Positions 7,491 through 17,355 of a stretch of 64,000 nucleotides of DNA are shown here, piece by piece. Numbering within the stretch: position 1 is the stretch's first letter; the number at the start of each line of letters is the position of its first letter. Under the pieces are notes generated by a model, which saw only the letters and a program-made list of their open reading frames with translations, had not been told where the DNA came from and searched no databases. Origin of the DNA: Candidatus Omnitrophota bacterium (GTDB lineage Bacteria; Omnitrophota; Omnitrophia; Omnitrophales; Aquincolibacteriaceae); NCBI GenBank assembly GCA_041674705.1, contig JBAYVF010000007.1, forward strand, positions 1,322 through 65,321. Reading direction: 5' to 3'. Position numbers and translations under genes: made by a program.

Positions 7491-9572
7491 ATGAGCACGA
7501 CCTATAAACACAAATCACATTCTTTATTCGATCCGAAGATCGTTCTGCCGGCCATCTTTGATTCTTTCAAAAAACTCGATCCTCGTGAACAGATCAAAAA
7601 CCCGGTCATGTTCGTGGTGCTGATCGGAAGCATTCTGGCCACAGGACTTTATTTCCAGGCCGTGCTTGGAAAAGGAGAAGCTCCGGCGAGCTTCATCCTG
7701 GCGATCACACTTTGGCTCTGGTTCACGCTTATTTTTGCGAATTTTTCAACGGCCATGGCCGAAGGCCGCGGAAAGGCGCAAGCAGCAAGTCTTAAAAAGG
7801 CCAAACAAGACACCCCCGCAAAGAAACTCGCTAAAGCGCAATATGGCTCTGCTTTCGAAACTGTTTCCGCAACCGCGCTCAAGTTGGGGGATCTCGTTTT
7901 GGTAGAAGCCGGAGATATGATCCCCATGGATGGTGAAGCTATCGAAGGCGTAGCCTCGGTCGATGAAAGCGCGATCACGGGTGAAAGCGCCCCGGTCATT
8001 CGTGAAAGCGGCGGCGACCGCAACGCTGTGACGGGCGGAACCCGGGTCCTTTCCGATTGGTTGATCCTCCGGATCACTTCGAACCCCGGTGAAACGTTTC
8101 TGGACCGGATGATCGCGATGGTCGAAGGGGCCAAACGCCAAAAAACGCCGAATGAGATCGCTCTCAGCATTTTGTTGGCCGGTTTTACGCTCATTTTTCT
8201 TTTGGCGACCGCAACGTTGCTTCCCTTTTCGATCTATAGTGTGGCTTCCGCAGGACACGGCGCCGTGATCACGGTCACTGTGTTGGTCGCTCTTTTGGTC
8301 TGTTTGATCCCCACCACGATCGGCGGGCTTCTCCCCGCGATCGGAATTGCCGGGATGGATCGAATGATCCAGGCGAATGTAATTGCCATGTCCGGCCGTG
8401 CGGTCGAGGCGGCCGGCGATGTAGACATTCTTTTGTTGGATAAAACCGGCACTATCACGCTCGGGAACCGGCAAGCCGTGGCCTTCATTCCAGCTCAAGG
8501 CATCACGAAGGAAGAACTCGCCGATGCCGCGCAACTCGCTTCCCTTTCGGATGAAACTCCGGAAGGCCGGAGCATCGTGGTCCTTGCTAAAGAAAAATAC
8601 GGAATCCGGGAACGCCAGATCCATGAGCTCGGCGCTCATTTTATTCCTTTCACGGCGCAAACCCGCATGAGCGGCGTAACCCTCGGCGATGGCCGCGAGA
8701 TCCGCAAAGGATCTTCGGATGCGATCGAGACTTATGTCAAAAAGCTGGGCGGTACTTTTCCAGACGCTCTTCGCTCCAGCATCGATTTGATCTCCAGGGA
8801 CGGCGGGACACCGCTTGTCGTAGCGGAACATGGACGCGTCCTCGGCACGATCCAGCTCAAGGACATTGTCAAAGGCGGTATCAAAGAACGTTTCGCGGAA
8901 CTCCGAAAAATGGGGATCAAAACCATCATGATCACGGGAGACAATCCCCTGACCGCCGCCGCGATCGCGGCCGAGGCGGGTATGGATGATTTCCTGGCGC
9001 AAGCGACACCCGAAACAAAATTGAAATTGATACGGGATATGCAGTCCGGCGGGCGCCTGGTGGCCATGACCGGCGATGGAACAAACGACGCTCCTGCTCT
9101 AGCCCAAGCAGACGTGGCCGTGGCTATGAATACCGGCACCCAGGCCGCGAAAGAGGCCGGAAATATGGTGGACCTCGACTCTAACCCCACAAAACTGATC
9201 GAGATCGTGGAGATCGGGAAGCAACTTTTGATGACACGTGGCGCTTTGACCACTTTTAGTATCGCCAATGACGCGTCAAAATATTTTGCGATCATTCCTG
9301 CGGCGTTCGTCGGCACCTATCCAGCGCTCGCGAAACTGAACATCATGCATTTGGCGACGCCTTCAAGTGCGGTCCTTTCTGCGGTCATTTTTAACGCGCT
9401 CATTATCATCGCGCTCATTCCTTTGGCGCTACGCGGCGTTCGCTACCGGGCAGTAGCTGCCAACCGTCTCCTCCGAGACAACATTTTGATCTACGGAGCC
9501 GGCGGCATTATTACGCCGTTCATCGGGATCAAGTTAATCGACTTATTGCTTGTCGCGCTTCATTTGACGTAA
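7491..9572 (+). CDS. kdpB: K+-transporting ATPase subunit B (P-type ATPase)
   Basis: P-type ATPase motifs are present: [17 protein letters not shown] and [20 protein letters not shown] lies 6 nt upstream of the ATG at 7491. Confidence 0.95.
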   Translation: MSTTYKHKSHSLFDPKIVLPAIFDSFKKLDPREQIKNPVMFVVLIGSILATGLYFQAVLGKGEAPASFILAITLWLWFTLIFANFSTAMAEGRGKAQAASLKKAKQDTPAKKLAKAQYGSAFETVSATALKLGDLVLVEAGDMIPMDGEAIEGVASVDESAITGESAPVIRESGGDRNAVTGGTRVLSDWLILRITSNPGETFLDRMIAMVEGAKRQKTPNEIALSILLAGFTLIFLLATATLLPFSIYSVASAGHGAVITVTVLVALLVCLIPTTIGGLLPAIGIAGMDRMIQANVIAMSGRAVEAAGDVDILLLDKTGTITLGNRQAVAFIPAQGITKEELADAAQLASLSDETPEGRSIVVLAKEKYGIRERQIHELGAHFIPFTAQTRMSGVTLGDGREIRKGSSDAIETYVKKLGGTFPDALRSSIDLISRDGGTPLVVAEHGRVLGTIQLKDIVKGGIKERFAELRKMGIKTIMITGDNPLTAAAIAAEAGMDDFLAQATPETKLKLIRDMQSGGRLVAMTGDGTNDAPALAQADVAVAMNTGTQAAKEAGNMVDLDSNPTKLIEIVEIGKQLLMTRGALTTFSIANDASKYFAIIPAAFVGTYPALAKLNIMHLATPSSAVLSAVIFNALIIIALIPLALRGVRYRAVAANRLLRDNILIYGAGGIITPFIGIKLIDLLLVALHLT

Positions 9573-9573
9573 T

Positions 9574-9626
9574 CCTGAGACTAATGTCTCAGGACAATAA
9601 GCAGATCGAAACTTGACGTTTCGATC
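9574..9626 (+). promoter_or_regulatory. Two perfect intercistronic hairpins between kdpB and kdpC
   Basis: CCTGAGAC-TAAT-GTCTCAGG (9574-9593) and GATCGAAAC-TTGAC-GTTTCGATC (9604-9626). Neither is followed by a T-run. Confidence 0.5.
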
Positions 9627-9641
9627 CATTGGGGAAAACTT

Positions 9642-10223
9642 ATGATACGAGAACAATTAAGACCGGCTGTAACTTCTTTTTTTCTGCTAACATTGATCAC
9701 AGGAATTCTTTATCCTTTATCTGTTACAGGGATCTCCCAGATCTTTTTCAAAGATCAAGCAAATGGAAGTCTGATTTTCAGAAACGGACAACCTTCGGGT
9801 TCTTTGTTGATCGGACAACCTTTTGATGATCCTAAGTATCTTTGGGGACGTTTGTCCTCCACAGCTCCTGTTTCTTTCAATGCCGCTGCTTCGTCAGGAT
9901 CCAACTTCGGTCCCACGAACCCGAATTTGCTGAGTGCTGTCCAAACGAGAATCAAAAGCCTGCGGGACGCAGATCCGAAAAATAAAAACCGTATCCCTGT
10001 GGATCTTGTCACCGGCTCTGCCAGCGGCCTCGATCCTCATATCAGTCCGGCGGCAGCCGAATACCAGGCCTCCCGGATCGCAAGAATAAGAAAAATATCC
10101 AGGGAAATAATCCGGTCGATTATTCGCCAACATACACAAGAACGCTTGTTTGGTATAATCGGCGAGCCTATCGTGAACGTCCTGGAAGTCAACCTGCAGT
10201 TGGATGCAAGCGTGAAGGAATAA
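9642..10223 (+). CDS. kdpC: K+-transporting ATPase subunit C
   Basis: 193 aa with an N-terminal TM anchor and KdpC-conserved SGSNFGPTNP and SASGLDPHISP segments. Confidence 0.9.
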   Translation: MIREQLRPAVTSFFLLTLITGILYPLSVTGISQIFFKDQANGSLIFRNGQPSGSLLIGQPFDDPKYLWGRLSSTAPVSFNAAASSGSNFGPTNPNLLSAVQTRIKSLRDADPKNKNRIPVDLVTGSASGLDPHISPAAAEYQASRIARIRKISREIIRSIIRQHTQERLFGIIGEPIVNVLEVNLQLDASVKE

Positions 10224-12416
10224 ATGATGGAAAACAGACCGGATCCGGATCAACTTTTAAAGCAAGTACAAGCGGAAGAAGCCCGGCGCGGAAAACTCAA
10301 GATCTTTTTCGGTGCCATGGCTGGCGTTGGCAAAACTTATTCTATGCTGGAAACCGCCCGGCACCGTAAAAAAGATGGTGTGGATGTTGTCGTCGGCTAT
10401 GTCGAAACCCACAAACGGACCGAAACCGAAGCTCTTCTTGAAGGTTTGGAGATCCTCCCCCGAAAAACGGTTTCTTATAAGAACGTGGACCTCCCGGAAT
10501 TCGACATCGACGCCGCTCTCAAAAGAAATCCTTCCCTCATCCTGGTCGATGAATTGGCCCACACGAACGCTCCGGGGTCCCGCCATTTGAAACGGTGGCA
10601 GGATGTCGAGGAATTGCTTGCCGCCGGGATCGATGTTTATACCACCTTGAATGTCCAGCATTGCGAAAGCGTCAACGATGTCATCACCCGGGTCACCGGT
10701 GTGGTCGTCCGGGAAACAGTCCCGGATACGTTCATTGAAAAGGCGGCCGAGATCGAACTCGTCGACCTTCCCTCCGAAGACCTTCTCAAACGTTTGAAAG
10801 AAGGCAAGGTCTATCTGGGCCCTCAAGCCGAACACGCCGCTCAGAATTTCTTCCAGCCCGGAAATCTCATCGCTTTGCGGCAGTTAGCGCTCCGTTACAC
10901 GGCAAAAAACGTAGACGCTCAAATGCGCAGCTTCAAAGGATTGCATTCTATTTCAAAGATCTGGAATGTCGGAGAACGATTCCTGGTTTGCATCAGCGAA
11001 AGCCCGTCCGCGATGAACCTGATCCGGGCCGCCAAACGCATTGCTTCCGAGATCGGGGCGCCCTGGACCGTTGCCTACGTTGAATCGGTCTCCTTAAGGC
11101 AGACGGAAGTAGGAAAAAAACGAGCTTTTGAAATGCTTCGCTTTGCAGAAAAACTGGGCGCCGAGGTCGTAACTCTAAATGGACAAGACATCGGAGATGA
11201 ATTAATCGCCTACGCTCGCTCTAATAACATCACGAAACTGATCGTTGGAAAACCGCAGAGAAACCGTTGGCAAGAATTTGTCTCAGGATCGATCGTCAAT
11301 AACCTTGCCCGCAAATGCGGAGAGATCGACCTTTATGTCATCAGCGGGGATCGACAAGCAGCCATTGCTCAGCTTAGAGCCGCTGAACCCCCGAAATCAT
11401 TTTCATGGAAAAATGCCTGCATCGCCCTCGGGATCGTTGCCCTCTGCTCCATGGTTAACGCCCCTCTCTCCCGCTATCTGGCACCCGCTAATCTTGTCTT
11501 AATCTATTTGCTGGGCGTCATCTGGATCTCTTTCCGCTACGGGAAGCGCGTCTCCTTCCTAGCCTCCTTACTCAGCGCGCTTTCCTTCGACTATTTCTTT
11601 ACGCAGCCCTATTTTTCCTTCACGATCTCTAACGGGCAGAATGTTTTTATATTTGTCGCCATGGCCCTCATAGGGTTCTTAATCAGTAGCTTGACGGACC
11701 GTCTAAAACAACAAACAGCTGCAACACGCATGCGTGAAAATCGCAACCGCATCCTCTATGAGCTGATGCAGGATCTTGCTAAAACGTCGACTCCGAACGG
11801 TCTTTTCCAGGCGCTCCTCCATCACGTTCGGAATTACTTCCAATTACCGGTTGTCATCTTTACTCCCAACTCCCGAAAAGAATTATCGGTGCATATTGAA
11901 AGTTTGGCAGGACATGAATTGCTCCCCAACGAAAAGGCTGTCGCTCAATGGACCTACGAACACAAACAAATAGCAGGACAAGGGAGTGACACACTCCCGG
12001 CGGCACAGGGGCTCTATCTCCCACTGGTCGGATTGGAAGTGACCCCCGGGGTACTTGGGATATTTCCTAAAGAAAAAAATCCATTCACAAATCCGGAGCA
12101 GTTACATCTGCTCCAGATGCTTGTGAACCAGACAGCATTAGCCGTGGAGGGAGCTGAGCTTGCCTTCGCGGCGCTTCGGGCTGAGGACGCGATTGAAAAA
12201 GAGCGTATCCACAACCTTCTCTTAAGTTCTTTCTCCTATGAGCTTCCGGGCCCACTTTCCGAGATCTCACAGGCAGCGGCTGAATTGCTCAAGCCAGAAA
12301 TCTTTAATGACACGGCAAAAAAGGACGCCCTTATAAAACTGATCCAGACAAAGGCTCAAGCGTTGAACAAATTAACTGCGGAGCTCCCCAAGATTCTTGA
12401 ATCCGACAATCCGTAA
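10224..12416 (+). CDS. kdpD: KdpD-like sensor lacking a kinase catalytic domain (degenerate H-box)
   Basis: The N-terminal KdpD domain (GAMAGVGKTYSML) is followed by a Usp-like region, four TM segments and a GAF-like region. Then comes ERIHNLLLSSFSYELPGPLSEI, where the canonical SHDLRTPL His is Tyr (codon 12237-12239). The ORF ends about 60 aa later with no HATPase_c N/G boxes. Confidence 0.8.
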   Translation: MMENRPDPDQLLKQVQAEEARRGKLKIFFGAMAGVGKTYSMLETARHRKKDGVDVVVGYVETHKRTETEALLEGLEILPRKTVSYKNVDLPEFDIDAALKRNPSLILVDELAHTNAPGSRHLKRWQDVEELLAAGIDVYTTLNVQHCESVNDVITRVTGVVVRETVPDTFIEKAAEIELVDLPSEDLLKRLKEGKVYLGPQAEHAAQNFFQPGNLIALRQLALRYTAKNVDAQMRSFKGLHSISKIWNVGERFLVCISESPSAMNLIRAAKRIASEIGAPWTVAYVESVSLRQTEVGKKRAFEMLRFAEKLGAEVVTLNGQDIGDELIAYARSNNITKLIVGKPQRNRWQEFVSGSIVNNLARKCGEIDLYVISGDRQAAIAQLRAAEPPKSFSWKNACIALGIVALCSMVNAPLSRYLAPANLVLIYLLGVIWISFRYGKRVSFLASLLSALSFDYFFTQPYFSFTISNGQNVFIFVAMALIGFLISSLTDRLKQQTAATRMRENRNRILYELMQDLAKTSTPNGLFQALLHHVRNYFQLPVVIFTPNSRKELSVHIESLAGHELLPNEKAVAQWTYEHKQIAGQGSDTLPAAQGLYLPLVGLEVTPGVLGIFPKEKNPFTNPEQLHLLQMLVNQTALAVEGAELAFAALRAEDAIEKERIHNLLLSSFSYELPGPLSEISQAAAELLKPEIFNDTAKKDALIKLIQTKAQALNKLTAELPKILESDNP

Positions 12417-12425
12417 GAAATCTTT

Positions 12426-13661
12426 TTATGGATTTTGGGATTGGGCTAACCATTTCCTGCCGCCGAGAATGCGGGAAAGCAGCATCGAGACCACGGAATC
12501 GCCGGTGGAATTGACCATGGTGGCGGGCGGGTCCACCAAGGTGCCGACCATGGAAATAAGCGGCAGGGCTTCCACAGGAAAACCATAAAGCGTGACGATC
12601 AAAAGTTCGCCCAAAAATCCTCCGCCCGGAATCCCGCTCATCACCATGCCGCTCAAAATCGCGATGCCGATCGCCGTCACGATCGTGCCCACCCCCGCAA
12701 AAGGCATCCCGAAAAAAGCAAAAAGAAGCGCGATCTTCAAGATCGCGGACATGCAGGTGCCATCCATGTGGATCGTAGCGCCGATCGAGATCACAATGCG
12801 GCTGATGTCCTTGGGAACACCGATCTTGTCCGCCGCCTCAAGATTCGCCGGGATCGTCGCCAGACTGCTCCCCGTGCCCCATGCGGTAAGCGCCGGCGTC
12901 AGAATGTTCCCCCAGAAGCGTTTGAAACCTTCCCGGCCACCCGCCAGGAAGACATAAATTGAAAACCCGATAAAAAAATAAAGGATCGCGAGCGGATAAT
13001 AAACTGCCACCACGCGCAGGTAGGAGCCCAGCAACTCGGCTCCGAGCGTCCCCACAAGATACGCGAAGTACGCCCCTAAACCCACCGGCGCCAAAAACAT
13101 GATGAGATGGATCACTTTCATCATGACCTTATTCGCGGATACAAGAAATTTTACAAACGGTTTTCCGTCTTCTTTCGCTAGTGAGGCTGCAAGCCCGATG
13201 AGGACGGCGAACACGATCAGGGCCAGCATGTTTTGTTTCGAAAGAAGCTGCACAAAATCCGGCACGGTAAAGGCTTTGAGAATATCACTAAAAGTTTTGG
13301 TTTGCGCCACCTCCGCAGGAAGGCTGAGCATGGGATGGTTTCCCAGGACGGGCGGAAACGCCATGACGCCCAGCACCATCAAAAGCGAAGAGAGAATGCC
13401 GGTCGCGATAAAGATGAGGACCATCCAGCCCATGATCTTCCCGAGACGATGAAGATCGGACATTTCCGCGATCGCGGACGAGATCGAAAAAAAGACGAGC
13501 GGCACCACTGCCGTGAAAAGCAGGTTCAGAAAAATATCGCCGAGCGGTTTTACGAACGCGATCTTTTCCTTGAAGAGGATACCCAACCCTGCTCCAAGAG
13601 CAACGGAAAGGAGCAGGAGTATTGAAAAAGAATAGCTTTTAAAGAAGTATGCCCGTTTCAT
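12426..13661 (-). CDS. Dicarboxylate/amino acid:cation symporter (DAACS) family transporter
   Basis: The protein is polytopic, with family-typical segments TGSSLATIPA, ISIGATIHMDGT and GIPGGGF. The start was chosen at MKRAYFF (ATG 13659-13661, preceded by AGAGGA). Confidence 0.85.
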   Translation of the reverse strand: MKRAYFFKSYSFSILLLLSVALGAGLGILFKEKIAFVKPLGDIFLNLLFTAVVPLVFFSISSAIAEMSDLHRLGKIMGWMVLIFIATGILSSLLMVLGVMAFPPVLGNHPMLSLPAEVAQTKTFSDILKAFTVPDFVQLLSKQNMLALIVFAVLIGLAASLAKEDGKPFVKFLVSANKVMMKVIHLIMFLAPVGLGAYFAYLVGTLGAELLGSYLRVVAVYYPLAILYFFIGFSIYVFLAGGREGFKRFWGNILTPALTAWGTGSSLATIPANLEAADKIGVPKDISRIVISIGATIHMDGTCMSAILKIALLFAFFGMPFAGVGTIVTAIGIAILSGMVMSGIPGGGFLGELLIVTLYGFPVEALPLISMVGTLVDPPATMVNSTGDSVVSMLLSRILGGRKWLAQSQNP

Positions 13662-13683
13662 TCCGGTCCTCTTGATTTCATTT

Positions 13684-14025
13684 TTAATTTGAAAACCCTT
13701 TGAAAATAAAACGATGCGCCACATAAGCGATCGTCAGGCAGGCGAGTCCTAAAATATAAGTGCTGAAAAAATTCATTTTGAGCCATCGGTTGAGAAGAAA
13801 AGGAACAAAAAAAGTCAGGGATAACGGAACGGCCAGGAGGATCGATCCCGCGAACTGGTTGACTTTGCCCATATCGTGCGTTTCCCAGTAAGCAAATAAA
13901 ATACTGAGCATGGAAACAAGCGGGAGTGCCACTAAAAAACCGGCGAGCGCTGAATCCTTGCTCGCCAACCTTGATGCAAGAGCAATAATGCATCCCGACA
14001 AGATGATCTTGAATAAAAAAAACAT
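13684..14025 (-). CDS. Small four-TM membrane protein, DUF3147-like
   Basis: 113 aa: MFFLFKIILSGCIIALASRLASKDSALAGFLVALPLVSMLSILFAYWETHD... The length and layout resemble DUF3147, judged from memory only. Confidence 0.55.
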   Translation of the reverse strand: MFFLFKIILSGCIIALASRLASKDSALAGFLVALPLVSMLSILFAYWETHDMGKVNQFAGSILLAVPLSLTFFVPFLLNRWLKMNFFSTYILGLACLTIAYVAHRFIFKGFSN

Positions 14026-14093
14026 GCGCGCCCCCCTTTCCTGAATAAGTGGCTGATATTGTGTTTGATTTTTTAATTGAAAACAAGTAACTT

Positions 14094-15335
14094 GTGAACA
14101 TGGATCAAAATAAAAGAAAAGCTATCCAGCTCATCCTACTCTTTGGCCTCGTAAGTCTTTTTGGGGACATCATTTACGAAGGGGCGCGAAGCGTCAATGG
14201 TCCGTATCTCAAAGTTCTCGGGGCCAACGCCCTCGCCGTTGGATTTATCGCGGGCTTGGGCGAGTTCATGGGTTATGGGATCCGCCTCTTGTCGGGGTAT
14301 TTTTCGGACAAAACCAAGTCTTACTGGTTCTTCACGATCACGGGTTATGCCCTGCTGATCAGTGTCCCGCTCCTGGCGCTCACAGGCTTTTGGAAGATCG
14401 CGGCGCTTCTGATCGTGATGGAACGTATCGGGAAAGCGATCCGAAGCCCTGCTAAAGACACGATCCTTTCCCAAGCCACCAAGCAGGTCGGCACGGGATT
14501 TGGATTTGGCCTGAATGAAGCGATGGACCAGGTCGGCGCGATCATCGGCCCGCTTCTTTTTACCGTCGCGTTCCTGGGAACCACCCAGGCTGAAAAAGGC
14601 CTCCGGGATTATCAGGCGGGCTATCATCTGCTTTGGCTCCCATTCTTTTTTCTGATGGCCTGCGTTCTTTTCGCTTACTGGAAAACACCGAATCCCGAAA
14701 CGCTCGAAACGTCAGTCATAAAAGACGAGTCCGAGAAACTTCCGAAGATTTTCTGGCTTTATACCGCCTTTAGTTTCTTTGCCACCGCGGGTTTCGTGAG
14801 TTTTGTCCTGATGGCCTATCATTTTAAATCCCAGCACGTGCTTTCCGACGCGCAGATCCCTCTTTTTTATGCGGTGGCTATGGGCGTCGACGGCGGCGCG
14901 GCGCTTGTGATCGGCAAGATCTACGACCGGATGAAAGAAAAACAAAAACACGAGTGGGCCGGCATCGGAACGCTTCTCATGATCCCCGTTCTCTCGGCTG
15001 TGATCCCGTTCCTTTGCTTCACCACGGTTCCGTGGATCGTTATTGTGAGCATTATTCTCTGGGGGGTTGTGATGGCCGGGCATGAGACCATCATGAAGTC
15101 CGCTATTGCAGACATTACGCCTCTCAGAAAGAGAGGCACGGGATATGGCATTTTGAATGTGGCTTATGGTCTTGCGATGCTTGCCGGCGGTGTCGTGATG
15201 GGATTTCTCTACGACCGTTCGCTTCCTACGCTCATGTTTGGCGTCGCGGCGCTCGAATTGATTTCACTTCCCTTTTTCTTCGCCATGAAGCGGGAAGTCT
15301 CAAGATCAGACCAGAGACTGCAGACTACAGACTGA
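14094..15335 (+). CDS. MFS transporter
   Basis: 413 aa with about 12 TM segments and an MFS loop motif, MERIGKAIRSPAKD. The start is ambiguous between GTG 14094 and ATG 14100. Confidence 0.8.
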   Translation: MNMDQNKRKAIQLILLFGLVSLFGDIIYEGARSVNGPYLKVLGANALAVGFIAGLGEFMGYGIRLLSGYFSDKTKSYWFFTITGYALLISVPLLALTGFWKIAALLIVMERIGKAIRSPAKDTILSQATKQVGTGFGFGLNEAMDQVGAIIGPLLFTVAFLGTTQAEKGLRDYQAGYHLLWLPFFFLMACVLFAYWKTPNPETLETSVIKDESEKLPKIFWLYTAFSFFATAGFVSFVLMAYHFKSQHVLSDAQIPLFYAVAMGVDGGAALVIGKIYDRMKEKQKHEWAGIGTLLMIPVLSAVIPFLCFTTVPWIVIVSIILWGVVMAGHETIMKSAIADITPLRKRGTGYGILNVAYGLAMLAGGVVMGFLYDRSLPTLMFGVAALELISLPFFFAMKREVSRSDQRLQTTD

Positions 15336-15388
15336 GGCAAAAACAAAACATCTAAAAGGGTTCTGGGGTCTGTTTTCAGTCGTTCTGG
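15306..15388. repeat. AGACTG-unit imperfect hairpin between convergent MFS and GGDEF genes
   Basis: Left arm CAGACCAGAGACTGCAGACTACAGACTGAGG and a partially complementary right arm GGGGTCTGTTTTCAGTCGTTCTGG. The arms overlap the 3' ends of both genes. Confidence 0.4.
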
Positions 15389-17115
15389 ATGCAGGTCTGG
15401 TTCTTGCCGGCAGCTTTGGCTTTAAGAAGACCCTCTTGAGCGCGCTCAACAACTTTCTGAGGATTCTTTTCATCAAGGCTGAGCGCTGAAACACCGCTGC
15501 TGGCCGTTACTTTGAAGGCTTGCCCGCCGGTGGTGCGGAAATCAAAGCGTTCGATCGCTTTACGGATCCTCTCCGCCACTCCAAAGGTCGCAGTCGCAAG
15601 GTTATACCCCGAAAGAAGGATAATGAACTCCTCTTCCCCGTAACGGCCTGCGATGTCAGGCATTGCCCGGCCTTTGGTGCGAATGGAAACCTGAATGATC
15701 TCTGCGACTTTTTTGAGCACCTCATCGCCGGTCCTGTGCCCGTACGCCTCATTGATTTTGCGGAAATCATCGATGTCCAGGAGAACCACGGCAAAAGGTT
15801 TGCGAAAAGTCCGCGAATAGTTGAGGGCCTGCGACAGGAAGGTATTTACATAGCGCATGACAAAAAGCCCCGTCAATTCATCCCGCACCGCCAGGCTCAG
15901 GAAATAAAGCCGTTCTTTGTGCTCCTGGATCTTTACGACCACAAAAGAGATCAGAAAATAGGCTGCCAGTAAAAAGAGTGGCGCCGCGACCCCCGTCCAG
16001 ATCCCGGCCCAAGCGAAAAGCGTGAAGGAAGCCAGGATCCAAAGACCCGCGATCACCAACACCGCAAGAGTCGAGAACACGGCACGGAAAGGGATCAGAA
16101 CAAGTCCGGCCAAAAGTGCGATCCCTAAAAGAAGTCCGGCGAAAACCCTGGGCGCGACAACGCGAATGTACTGCCCGGTCAGAATGGTATTGATGATATT
16201 CCCAAGCGCTCCGATGCCCGGGCTTGCAGACTCCAGTGGCGTGATCTTGTAATCGGAAGCCGTCATTCCAACAAGACAAATCTTCCCCTGAAAATCCTTA
16301 GCGGAGATCGGCGCCGTCTTGCCCTTGGAGGCCAGGGCGTAACTGTTCAGCACATCCACGAACGGATAATACCCGGAGGAGGCATTCCAGCGTTTGGCCC
16401 AGTGGATAAGAAGATTATTCTGGTCATCACGCGGAAAATCACACTTTTCCATCGTCGGTACGGGCTTGCCAAGAAAGTCATACGCGACCCGGATCCCGAG
16501 ATGCGGCACAAGCTCTTTATTGAACTTCACAAAAGGATACACGCGACGGACCACGTTGTCGGGATCCTGGCTGTAATTGATATGCCCGATCCCCCGGGCC
16601 GCTGCGCTATAAGGCTGTGCGGACTGGTTGATGTAATAGTAGTTCTTGAACCCTTCAGACTCAAAAGAGATCGGAAGATAAAAATTGGGCGTTTTTTTGA
16701 ATTCTTCAAGAAGCGCTTGGTCGTCTTCCGGCGTGCTTGCGTCCTGCGCAAAGAAAAGATTGAACACAACGGCCTTCGCGCCCCATTCTCTTAAAATGCG
16801 CGTGATCGCCGCATAATACCGCTTGGGCCAAGGAAAAGGCCGTATGGACTGCAAGCTGTTTTTATCGATCCCGATATATACAACCGCCGGATCGACCTTG
16901 GGGGCAGGCTGATACTTGAGAAACTGATCGTAGAAATGGTTATCGAGCGACCGAAAGACCGCTGTCCCCGAAAAACTGAGCGAAAGAACGAAGACCAGTA
17001 CAAATCCCAAAATCTGGATCGTACGAAGCGGGGTAAAAAAAAGCACCATTCTTCTTAGAGGTTCGGTGATATATCCCTGGCGTTTCTGAACAAGTCCTGC
17101 AGGCACTTTTTCCAT
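15376..17115 (-). CDS. CHASE2-domain membrane protein with C-terminal GGDEF domain (non-canonical GEEEF site)
   Basis: The layout is an N-terminal TM segment, a long periplasmic-type region, three TM helices, then a GGDEF fold (LDIDDFRKINEAYGHRTGDEVL...RYGEEEFIILL). The signature motif reads G-E-E-E-F (15625-15639) instead of GG[DE]EF. Confidence 0.8.
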   Translation of the reverse strand: MEKVPAGLVQKRQGYITEPLRRMVLFFTPLRTIQILGFVLVFVLSLSFSGTAVFRSLDNHFYDQFLKYQPAPKVDPAVVYIGIDKNSLQSIRPFPWPKRYYAAITRILREWGAKAVVFNLFFAQDASTPEDDQALLEEFKKTPNFYLPISFESEGFKNYYYINQSAQPYSAAARGIGHINYSQDPDNVVRRVYPFVKFNKELVPHLGIRVAYDFLGKPVPTMEKCDFPRDDQNNLLIHWAKRWNASSGYYPFVDVLNSYALASKGKTAPISAKDFQGKICLVGMTASDYKITPLESASPGIGALGNIINTILTGQYIRVVAPRVFAGLLLGIALLAGLVLIPFRAVFSTLAVLVIAGLWILASFTLFAWAGIWTGVAAPLFLLAAYFLISFVVVKIQEHKERLYFLSLAVRDELTGLFVMRYVNTFLSQALNYSRTFRKPFAVVLLDIDDFRKINEAYGHRTGDEVLKKVAEIIQVSIRTKGRAMPDIAGRYGEEEFIILLSGYNLATATFGVAERIRKAIERFDFRTTGGQAFKVTASSGVSALSLDEKNPQKVVERAQEGLLKAKAAGKNQTCIQND

Positions 17116-17325
17116 GGTTCCCTCATCGTAAAATGGGTTAGAAAGAAGTTCGGACTAATTAACGGCCATAACTCTCTTTTTATTAATAAATAAACGGGTA
17201 GTTATGACCGCCCCAATTTCCGCTTCGCTTCAATTGATAGGTATTGGGACGGCTATATTGAAGCAAAACTTACTCTTTTCCAAGATTTTTTTAAAAAACA
17301 CTGCACCTCTTGGGATAAGCTGCTG

Positions 17326-17331
17326 TATAAT
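17326..17331 (+). promoter_or_regulatory. Candidate -10 box (TATAAT) upstream of the methyltransferase gene
   Basis: A perfect TATAAT lies 25 nt upstream of the ATG at 17356, with an AAAGGGAG RBS at 17344-17351. Confidence 0.35.
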
Positions 17332-17355
17332 CTCCCCCAACATAAAGGGAGAATC

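Noticed and set aside
7746-9002. 418-aa minus-strand ORF antisense to kdpB
   Set aside because: It is a shadow ORF. The kdpB frame carries the DKTGT and GDGTND motifs.
12417-12425. Expected terminator between convergent kdpD and the DAACS gene
   Set aside because: Only 9 nt separate the two stops, and no hairpin is present, so there is nothing to annotate.
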